From positions 138,942,001 to 139,006,000 of the forward strand of contig NC_059428.1 of the NCBI RefSeq assembly GCF_021028975.2: a stretch of 64,000 nucleotides of DNA, in the 5' to 3' direction. The translations under genes and the position numbers were made by a program. How positions within the stretch are numbered: position 1 is the first letter of the stretch; every line of letters starts with the position of its first letter. The notes beneath the pieces were generated by a model that saw only the letters and a list, made by a program, of their open reading frames with translations, had not been told where the DNA came from and made no database searches. This stretch comes from Sphaerodactylus townsendi (Eukaryota). Shown here one piece after another: positions 54,120 to 64,000 of the stretch.

Positions 54120-57100
54120 TCAGCGGATGGGCCGGTAGGGAAAGGCCATGCCTGGTATAAAGGTCTGCACGGGGTGTGCGGGAAGAGCCGGGTGTGCAGG
54201 CATGGCAGAGTGCGCTGTGTGAGTCGGATAGCCCAGCGGGGGCGTGTGGATGGGGGGATAAAACCCCGGCGGCAGAGCAGCATGGGCTGGCTGCTGGACT
54301 GGGCCCGAGACCACCAGCTGGAGCAGGCTGTGAGGGAAGGAGAGAAGGAGGAAAGAGTCTAGACAGGCACAGACAGCCTGAGCAATGGGGCTGCTGGGAT
54401 GCTTCCTGTTGAGGTACTGGTGGCCGGGCACTGGGTGGGTAACTGTAGGCCACCAGCAGGTAGAATCAAAGAGTGGGAAGAGACCACTAGGGTCATCAAG
54501 TCTAACTCCCTGCAATGCAGGAACACACCATCAAAGCACTCCTGACAGATGGCCATCCAGCCTCTCTTTAAAAACTTTCCAAAGGAGGAGACCACCACAC
54601 TCCCAGGCAGTGAATTCCACTGTCGAACAGCCCTTATTATTAGGAAGTTTTTCCTGACGTTTAGATGGAATCTCTTTTTTTTCCACCTTGAACCCATTAC
54701 TCCTAGTCTCTGGAGCCGCAGAAATCAAGCTTGCTCCCTCACCAACATGATATCCCTTTAAATATCTAAATACGGCTATCATGTAACCTCTTAAGCTTTT
54801 CTTCACCAAACTAATCACACCTAGCTCCCTAAATCTCTCCTCGTAGGGCATGGACTCCAGGCCTTTTACCATTTTGGTTGCTCTCTTCTGGACCTGTTCC
54901 AGTTTGTCAATATCCTTCTTGAATTGTGGTGCCCAGAACTGTACACAATATTCCAGGTGAGGTCTAACCAGTGCAGAATAGAGAGGCACAATTACATCCC
55001 ACGATCTAGATACTATACTTCTATTGATACAGCCCAGAATCGCATTGGCTTTCTTGGCCGCTGCATTACACTGCTGACTCATGTTCAGTTTGTGGTCTAC
55101 TAAGACTCCCAGATTCCTTTTGTTAGTAGGAAAGGTTGAGCTGGGAGCACCCAGCAGAACAAAACCGCCTGCTACAAACCAGCATCCAGGGGAGAATGCC
55201 CAAAGGACAACCTCTGTGGCCACCACAATATGCCAACTAGGAGCTGGTGCTAAAGCATACATGGCACTCTAGCATCCCTGCTCAAATGGGAAGGGGCAGG
55301 ATGCTTCCTCCCTCGCCCTCTGGGGAGAGGCTGAGTGGCAGGTGCCCTTAGGAAGCACATGGCACCATTTACAGCTGTAAAGCACCAGCTTCCTTACTTG
55401 TTGTGCGGCAGTCTGGAGCAGACGGTCCGGAGGTCCTCTGAAAGAAAGCAGAAAAAAGTGAGGATTTAGCAAACATCTGCCACGGGGCTGTTCCCTTTTT
55501 TGGGGGGGCGGGGGGGGGGCGCTTTTCAGCAGAGGCTTCCTGCACTGAACTGCTTGCTCAGTGATGACTGTGGTGCATGGCCTCCTTGGATGCACTTTCA
55601 GGGAGGTCAGCTCGAGCAGGTATGGGAACGATCTCTCAGTCGGGAGCATGCCTAGACAGACCCGGATTTCTCAGGGGCTTGGGCTATGCAGATGACGGGA
55701 GAAGGGAAGGGAATGGGCTGCTTCTGGGCCTGTTTTAAGGATGCTGGCAGGCATGAGCACTGAGAAGCAGAGTTGCGGCAGAGATGCAGACTACCCAGTT
55801 CAGCTACTGCACAACTGTCGCAGCTTCCCAAGATGGCAAAGAGCCTTACTGGCACGCAGTCATGCTTCACCCAGGAGGCTGTTCCTGGAGAATGCTGCTG
55901 CAGGCCCTCCTCCTACTCCTCCCAACTCCCACCACGTGGTTTCCTCTGCCCGGGGCACAAACCTCTTGTGCACAGCAACGCTCCGGCTGCCATGGCCACC
56001 TGCAGGGTTTGAGCCAGCCGGTCCAGGGCCAGCTCCACCTCTTGGGAGGCGTTTAGTGGGTTGAGTTCGTCAGAGAGCCTGCTGATGTCATCCACGAGAG
56101 ACACCACCACTTGGTCAAAGGGCACCAGCCCCAGGCGGCCATAGAGGTTTTTCTCCGTCAGGTGACCTTGCAGCAGCATCAGAACCTGCAAGACACTGAG
56201 GTGCAGCTTGGAGTACAGAGGCTGACAGTCTTTGTCCGAGGCTGCGGCAGTGCCCTTGGCGAGCTTGCCGTTGAGGTGGCCGTTCGTCAGGGCGGGCTTC
56301 CTCCGTTTATACGCCAGGGGGGCTTTCACACACCAGCAGATCAGGCCGCTGAGAGGGGCGAGCTCCAAAAATCCAATTGGCAGGCTGGCCGCAATGGGCG
56401 TGTTCAGGAAGGTGATCAAGATCAGGCGGGGGTCTTCGAAGATCCACGAAACGATCATCTCCAACAAGTCTGGAGGGGGGATGAGGTCATCTGGAAGGAA
56501 GGGAAGCACACCTCTAAAGCAGCTGCTGTCAGCCCCACAGGTTGTGTCAGCTCTCAGGAGGTTCACAACCCCTTTACACCAGACATTGAACCTGTGTACA
56601 CATTCAAGGCCCCAAACCCCTTTCTTCCGGCAGCAGAAAGAGGGGCAGCGAGGCAGCAAGAGGAGCTCACACGGTAGGGTTGGACTCTATTCCAGCCCGG
56701 GTGGGCTCAGACACGCCACTCTCTGTACGGGCTCCCCCTTCTCTTTCTTCCCCCCATCCCCCGCCTCTGCCAGATGATCCCCCCACAGTCTGAGCTTTCT
56801 TGCAGTGCAGGCCCCCTCCAGGAAAGATCGTAACTCATGCTATCAGCCTAATCTACCTCACCGGGTTGATTCAAAGGTAAAATGGAGAGGGGGCAAATGT
56901 TGTACACCACTTTGGGTCCCACTGGGGAGAAAAGTGGGACATAAATAAAGCCCACAAATAAATATTGTAGAACTTGAGCACTCTTATGCAGAAAAACCCT
57001 TCCATGCACAATGCATGCGCTGCGCCCGCTGGCACCGTGGGGCTGGGAAATTACCTGAAGACATGTCATAAAGCACAGTGACTGATGTGATGAACTGGCA

Positions 57101-60100
57101 GCAGAAGCGAGGGCTGGTGCTGAAGATCTGCTTTAGGGTCTGGATGGAACCCGGCACCAAGCTGCAGTAGTCGTCCACCAAGGCCCGGGCCAGCCTCACA
57201 CAGTAGACGGTCGGGGTTCGCTGGAAGAGATTTGCAAATGTGGCAATGACCAGCAGCAATGCTACCACCAGCTCAGTTGCCAGGGCAGACCACATCAGCC
57301 GCTCCTTGGGACTGCGAAGTGCCTGGTGCCATATTTGTTGCATGTTGTAAGAAGAAGAAGAAGAGTTTGGATTTATATCCTGCCTTTCTCTTCCTCTCTG
57401 AGAGAGTTCAGAGAGTACTGTGACTGGCCCAAGGTCACCCAGCAGGAATGCAGGAGTGGGGAAACACATCTGGTTCACCAGATAAGCCTCTGCCACAGGT
57501 GGAGGAGTGGGGAATCAAACCCAGTGCTCCAGATTAGAGTTCACCTGCTCTTAACCACTACACCAAGCTGGCTGCCTGGAGAGATTCTGGCTGGCTGCCT
57601 GGAGAGATTCTTCAGGATGTACGTTACACAATATAACCGTGGTGGCGAACCTTTGGCACTCCAGATGTTATGGACTACAATTCCCATCAGCCAATTCCCA
57701 TCAGCCAATTGGCCATGCTGGAAGGGGCTGATGGGAATTGTAGTCCATAACATCTGGAGTGCCAAAGGTTCGCCACCACTGCAATATAACATCACACAAG
57801 TGCATAAGGTGCTAAGAAGAAAATGTCATTACTGAACGCAGTGGCTCATTCAGGGGGGCTGCAGCTGAATTCTCTATGTAAGAAGAGCCCAGGATCCTGT
57901 TTCACACAGTGGTCGACCAGTTACCAAAAAAGGCATCGAGGGCAAAACTTCTCCTAATGCTATTTCTCAGCCCTGCTATCCAGAGATATACGGCCCCTGG
58001 ACATGGAGGTTTCCTTTACAGTCAGCATAAAATATCGCTACTGGTAAGCTTCAGGAAACTGTCCCTCTTTTTATCTTCGCTCATGGTCTTTCCTACATCT
58101 GCTGGCAGCAAACTCCACGATTCCTCAGTTCTCTCCCACATTTCAGAGAAGTGCTGAAATTAAGAGCTCAAAAGCCACACCACAAAGTTACAGCTGTTGC
58201 CCTCCAAAGATCAAAAAAGAACTAAGTCACATGACACAGAGTCACACAACACCCTTTCACAGAGACAGACTCAGAGGGGCTGATCGTGAACTAGTGGATG
58301 AAAGCCGCTGCGGGAGAACCTGTCAGAGCGGATGGAACTCCCCTTTGCCCCAGGACTGCGGCCGAAGATGTGCAACAGCCACTCCGAGGCAAGAAGCCTG
58401 TTCATCACTCTACTGGTGGGTGCTGCACGGTCAGAGAATGCATAGGAAGGACTCGCCCTCGGGCGGTTCTACCCCTGGCACACGCGTGTTTTCGCACAGC
58501 CAGTTCTGCCCCCGTCCAGGGCTCACCTGCAGCCAGGAAGCCGTGCATTCCAGGACGGGCACTCTGCACACGGCCACGGCCACGGAGACCAGCTTGCCCA
58601 GCAGAGCCATCCTGCAGTCGTCGGCCTTGTTGCCCTGCGGGCTGAAGAGGGAGGAGAAAATGATCTGCCGGACAGAGTCCTTGCTCTGCTCCTGGAAATA
58701 ATTGCACATGATCTCCAGCAGCTGAAGCTCCTGAAGCGAATTCAGCCTCTGCAAACACAAAGAAAAGGGCCCCTTTGCCGTTAGCTGCCCCTCCGAAGGA
58801 TCCTCTTCACCGGCTGTGTTCCAGAGCAGAAGCCAGTTGCCCTAAAATAGGGGATGCAGCCCTCCAATGGCAGCCTACAAATCTTGGGGTGGGGTCTTGC
58901 AGACAGCATTTCAAACTTTTGAGGCAAAATGGTTCTATTGGCAGTACCTTAACCACAATGGTAAAGGTAACAAAGATGTAGGTAACATCTAAATAAGCAC
59001 TAACACATAAAACACAGTCCTGTGTTTTATGAGCGCAATTTCATGCGATGCGTTCCTGCCAGCAATGAATTGAAGACCGCAATATTTATGAATGAACTCT
59101 GTGATCAACTGCAAGAACCTGGAATTTGAATGAATGTGGAAACACCTTTGAAGCCGTTTATGTTTACGTTTAGATTATTGAATAGAAAAAGAGAAAAATA
59201 ATTCATGTGATGATACAACAGTGAATGATGAAATTTGTTGATATGAGATAATATGATTACAATTGTATGTGATGAGCATTGTTCCTTAATATATAAGAAA
59301 TACCAAACCTAAATTGGCTGCCTAATGGGTGACATGTTTTATGTGTTAGTACCTTAACCACACCTGCAGCAGCTTTGTTCAGCCAGTGCAGGGGGGTTGT
59401 TTTATATTGAGTGCCTCACCATAAGGATAAAATCCCAGCTCGAAAATTTCTCTCCCAGACCCCCTTACAAAAGGTACGCAGGGATCAAACCCCACAGGAA
59501 GGAGTTAGTTGACAGCCATTGGGGTGGCATGGAAGGCATGTCTGAGATGATCTGTAAATCCTAGGTAGTTAGCGCCAGTTCTGTTGTGGAAAGTGCTGTC
59601 ACCACAGACATATAGGGACCCCAGGGGAGATTTCAAGGCAAGAAATGTTTGGAGGTGGTTCACCATTGCTGTCCTCCGGGTGGGCTCACAGAACCGTGAC
59701 TGGCCCAAGATCACCCATCAGAGCCAACGAGGTGTAGTGGTTAAGAGCAGGTGCACTCTAATCTGGAGAACCGGGCTTGATTCCCCACTCTGCCACTTGA
59801 GCTGGGGAGGCTTATCTGGGGAACCAGATTAGCCTGTGCACTCCAATACATGCCAGCTGGGTGACGTTGGGATAGTGACAGTTCTCTGGAGCTCTCAGCC
59901 CCACCTACTTCACAAGGTGTTTGTTGTGAGGGGGGAAGGGAAAGGAGTTCGTAAGCCCCTTTTAAGTCTCCTTACAGGAGAGAAAGGAGGGATATAAATC
60001 CAACTCTTCTTCTTCCTGTGGAGGAGGGAGAAACTGAACCCGGATCCCCAGATCAGAGTACCACTATACCATACTGGCTCCCCAGTGTCAGTTATACTCA

Positions 60101-61516
60101 GATACATTATCTGTTTCCTTTATACCCCCTTCTTCTCAATAAGGACCCAAAGTGGCCAACACAGATCTCCTCACCTTCACTTTATCTTTACTGCAACCCT
60201 GGGAGACAAGCCAGGCTGATAACCTGTGACTGGGCCAAGGCTTCCCGGCAGAGTGGATTTAACCTTGGTTTCCCAGCAACTAGGCTGACCCTCTAACCAC
60301 TATGCTACATTTTGTCCGGCGAAGTATTTGAAGGGCTGAAATATAGAGGATGGGGCAAAGTTGTTTTCTGATGGCCCAGAAGGTCGGGCCAGAACCAACA
60401 GATTGAAATTAAATCAAAAGAGTTTTTGGCTAAACATTTGGAGGAACTTCCTGACAGTTAAGAGCGGTTCCTCAGAGGAACAACCTTCCTTGGCAGGCTT
60501 TCACAGCTGGACTCAACTGGTTCTGGTGGTTTTTCCAGGCTGCGTGGCCGTGGTCTGGTAGATCTTGTTCCTAACGTTTTGCCTGAATCTGTGGCTGGCT
60601 ACAAGATCTACCAGACCACAGCCACACAGCCTGGGAAGCCCACAACAATAACTTCTTCAGGAGGTGGGGGGGGGGGCTCTCCCTTGGAGGTTGAGAAGCA
60701 GAGGCCAGGGGCAGTCTGACAACTAGGCTGGTTTGGTGAATTTAGGCAGATCATGAGAGGGAAGGCAGGAAGGGACGAATCACTATGGGGGTGGACTTGA
60801 TGACCCTTGAGGTCCCTTCCACCTCTGTGTTTCTAAGGGGAGCTTTATTTACTATTTTTATTTAGTCACATTACTTGCAACCCACTTCTCACTTGGACTC
60901 AAGATGGATTACACAGAATGAGTCAACACATTCAATAAATAGCAGCCCAGCCCAGTAGAATTTGGGTTGCAGAACCAATCAGAAATCTAAGGACAGAGCT
61001 TTGACTCTTGGAAGGTGGACCCTCATATGTTGCTAGCTATTTCACTACCCTACACTGGAGCCCTAGTAATAAATTAGCAATAATAAGTCATCAGCAATCA
61101 ATCAATAAAGATAAACTGCCTGGACAGATGAGCGACTTTGATCCGCTTTCCTGTTCTTCGGAGAGGCGGCACTCTGGATCCTGGGGCGGGGGGCGAGAGG
61201 GGGAAGGCCGCGGATTCCCAACCCAGAGGCCGAGACCGGCAAGCACCGCTGGGCTCAGGCCGGGGGAGAGACGGAAACGTGTGCAGGGGCGGGGGCACTC
61301 CGACATGCTGTGTTAGGGCCCTACCTTGGCGGGGGAGCCGCGCTCCTTGGGCACCTGGAAGACGAACTCCTCCAGGAGCTCGACGGGGCCCTTGTCCACC
61401 ATGGGCAGAGGCACGCTCTGCAGCTGACTGCTGAAGAAGATGTCCAGGTGGTAGAGCACCTCCTTGGCGGCGCTGAGGGCGTCGCGCCGCAGCAGCGAGA
61501 GGCGGATGTCGCTCAT
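54120..61516 (-). CDS. INTS15: Integrator complex subunit 15 (C7orf26), 451 aa
   Basis: Exons 61516-61325 ([33 protein letters not shown]), 58748-58527 ([21 protein letters not shown]), 57220-57055, 56490-55963 ([28 protein letters not shown]), 55437-55398, 54327-54120 (..[24 protein letters not shown]); all GT-AG, total 1356 nt. Confidence 0.96.
54460..55115 (-). mobile_element. CR1 LINE ORF2 3' fragment in the last INTS15 intron
   Basis: [82 protein letters not shown] in ORF 54531..55262. Confidence 0.92.
57349..57575 (-). mobile_element. Squam3-like SINE
   Basis: Reverse-complement consensus with (GAA)n tail. Confidence 0.8.
57637..57781. mobile_element. Palindromic hAT MITE
   Basis: Same family as 22403-22548; 8-bp TSD CAATATAA at 57629-57636 and 57782-57789. 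Confidence 0.9.
59720..60016 (+). mobile_element. Squam3-like SINE
   Basis: Family consensus with (TTC)n tail. Confidence 0.85.
60325..60835 (+). mobile_element. CR1 3' fragment with a nested second-subfamily Penelope-derived element (about 60494-60650)
   Basis: [25 protein letters not shown]; nested inverted arms GTGGCCGTGGTCTGGTAGATCTTGT / ACAAGATCTACCAGACCACAGCCAC; a related fragment lies at 38046-38145. Confidence 0.7.
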
Positions 61517-61800
61517 AGTTCACACGTGCGCCTAGACGCGCGTCGGGCACCCCCGGTCTCTCTGCGCTCACCGGCCCACTCCCGCCGCCATGGCCACGCC
61601 AGGCACTCGCTACGACGACGACGGCGGCCGCCGAGGGCTAAACGGACCTCGCGCGTGCTCGCAGCGCCACCTGCCGGCAGCCACGGGCGGGGACCGGCGT
61701 GCCTCGCGAGGAAGTGCGAGGCGGAGCTTCACGTGGACACCCGAACCAATGGCGGCGCGCTTAAGAGTGAGTCTGTGGTTGCCAACTCCCGGTTCGAAAA
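61517..61800 (-). promoter_or_regulatory. CpG-island promoter of INTS15
   Basis: CpG-dense; CCAAT overlapping YY1-like AATGGCGGC at 61746-61756; CACGTG E-boxes near 61523 and 61730. Confidence 0.65.
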
Positions 61801-62839
61801 TTCCTGGCGATTTAAGGGTGGCACTTGAGAGAGTGCGCCTGGTCCAGTCAGTGTACACGAAATGTGGAATGACTATTCAGACTAATAAACAAATAAGAAA
61901 GCTATTGAGGTAGTCTGGAGATCGATTCCGGGGGATCTCCAGCCCCCACCTGGAGGCTGGCAACCGTACTAAAGAAAGTTTTCTGTCTGAAAATATCTTA
62001 TGGGAGGAAGAAGTCTGTGGGGAAATGAGAGGGATTTGGGCTGCGCTGCTGGGGGTGAGTGGGGAACCCCTGAGCCATCATTTCTGTCATTCGGGAAACA
62101 TGGATCTTCTAGACAGGATCTTTCCTCACTCACCGTGCCAAGTGTTTAAATAACAGTTTTCTTGTTTTCCACTGGAAAATTTGGAATAAAAACTCCTGGG
62201 AAACTTTTTTTCTCATGAGGGAAATGGCTCTTAAGGCCAGGTTTTCCCCTCACACAAGGTGTCTCATTCTTAAAAGCTGGAGACTTTTTGGATATTAAAA
62301 AGGGGACATCAGGAATGTTGAGGTGTGTGTAAAAACTCCTGGGAACTATTTTCACTCCTGTCTCTTCAGATAGCATTTTGGGTGTTCCTGTGGAAAATTT
62401 AGGGTGCCCTGAATGAAAACTGCTGGAAGATACTTTCTCTTTTGCCATAAAATAATTTGCTTTTCATGCAAGGTTTTTCTTCACTCAAAATGCTAAAACT
62501 GGAAAAGCCTGAGGACTTTCCCCCTTTTTGGAAATTAAATGGGCACATTTTGGGATGGAATGAAAAAAAAACCCTCTTGGCAACTAGCATTTTTCCTGTC
62601 TATGACAGAAATGCCTCTTAAGACAGGGCTTTCCCTCAGACTGTATAAAGTATGAAAAGTTCCCATGCAAAGGCGCAAATGGGAAACTAGTAGAGGTAGG
62701 ATTTAGGTGGGAAATATCCTGCTCCCAGAATTTTATCCCTGCTATCCATAAGCCCCCAGCCCCAAGGGGTTCTTGTGCTCCTTTCCATGTCTATACGGAG
62801 GAGGTGGGCTTCAGTCACTTTGCTGTAAGAAGTTTGAGC

Positions 62840-63007
62840 CGGCCGGGGTTTTTCATTGAAAAGGCTCAGTTTTCCAGAGGAGCGGAAAACCGCGCGTTAA
62901 GGAGGCGCGAGAGCGGCTGCATCAGGGCGGCTGCGTTGTCGCCGCCCCAGTAGTGGGGAGTACCGCGGGACCCCGCGGTACTTCTGTAGAGAAGCGCGCG
63001 GCATAAG
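62840..63007 (+). promoter_or_regulatory. Small CpG island with probable non-coding first exon of a divergent gene continuing beyond the window
   Basis: CpG-rich patch ending in a consensus donor AAG|GTAAGT at 63008; no recognisable coding sequence. Confidence 0.5.
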
Positions 63008-63594
63008 GTAAGTGGGGAAGGGCCCCATGTTTCCTAAACTTGTCGAATCTCTTTGACCAAGGACAGCGGCAAGAGAAAGTGCACGTCTGTATTGATCCGT
63101 TATTTGAAAAAGCAGCAGGACATATTTTTATGTAATACATGCTTCACAAAATTCTAGTGGACCAAAATGGTAGTCTCTGCCTATTTTGGGCAATACTACG
63201 TTGTCCAAGAAAGAAATTCCAGTAGCAGAGGAAGAAGATCCTCTTGTGAGATAGATTCAGGTGCTGGTCTGAAGCAGCAGAAAAATGATTTGAGTCCAGT
63301 GACACCTTCAAGACCAACCCAGTTTTATTCTGGGTATCACCATTCGTGTGCATGCATACTTCTTCAGGCACACTCTTGTGAGGTTTTGATTAATGGGTCA
63401 CTTGCCTTCCACCCCGTGAACTAGTGCATCACATATAATTAATGTTCAGTTAGGTTGACATCAGGATTTTCATGTTTCAGTTCTTCCCCCTGCCTTAGAA
63501 AAGCCCTGGGTATCCCAATTAAGGCCCGAAGGCTCATCGCTGGCCACTTTTCTGCTTTCAAGACCTTGCTTTCGCTTCTCCTAGCACCATGTTG

Positions 63595-63878
63595 CCAGCG
63601 TGGTGTAGTTGTTAAGAGCAGGTGTATTCTAATCTGGAGAACCGGGTTTGATTCCTCACTCCTCCACCTGAGTGGCAGAGGCTTATCTGGTGAACCGGGT
63701 GTGTTTCCGCACTCCTACATTCCTGCAGGGTGACCTTGGGCTAATCATAGTTCTCTCTGATCTCTCTCAACCCCACCTGCCTCACAAGGTGTCTGTTGTG
63801 GGGAGAGGAAGGGAAATGAGCTTGTAAGCCACCTTGAGTCTCCTTATAGGTATAAATCCAAACTCTTCTTCTTCTTCT
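63595..63878 (+). mobile_element. Squam3-like SINE
   Basis: Family consensus with (TTC)n tail. Confidence 0.85.
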
Positions 63879-64000
63879 CCAATGTCAAGACTGCTGCCTC
63901 CTTCTTGGACTGTTCCTTCTTGCCTTCAGAAGCAGGCAAGGGGCTTAAGAGACAGAGCGGCATCTGCTTGCAAGGAAAAAGCAACCCAATACTGAGCAAG

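Noticed and set aside
54531-55262. 243-aa ORF that looks like a gene
   Set aside because: It is the C-terminal part of CR1 ORF2 from a 5'-truncated retroelement.

Overview
GC-rich vertebrate genomic DNA with spliced genes. The repeat content (Squam3-like SINEs, Sauria-type SINEs, CR1, Penelope-derived elements, hAT MITEs including SPIN) points to a squamate, probably a gecko (inference). Gene order: 3' part of C16orf96 (+; two exons disrupted inside a visibly noisy stretch), a decayed UBALD1-like last exon (-; probable pseudogene), complete MGRN1 (+, 16 coding exons, 537 aa), a two-coding-exon FOXJ1 paralogue (-, 354 aa, foxj1.2/foxj1b-type), complete NAA60 (-, 242 aa, with an AT-AC U12 intron), complete INTS15/C7orf26 (-, 451 aa), and a probable non-coding first exon of a divergent gene at the right edge. 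Main observations: (1) the C16orf96-psiUBALD1-MGRN1-FOXJ1-like block mirrors the human QRICH2-UBALD2-RNF157-FOXJ1 block, keeping a second FOXJ1 while UBALD1 appears decayed; (2) short inverted-repeat Penelope-derived elements carry minimal hammerhead ribozyme motifs, one intact on the MGRN1 sense strand; (3) a SPIN MITE contains a MIR-core-like segment; (4) hAT MITEs carry the same ACTACAAYTCCCA motif found in the MGRN1 promoter. Homology calls come from remembered family sequences, not database searches. Repeat boundaries are approximate unless a TSD is given.
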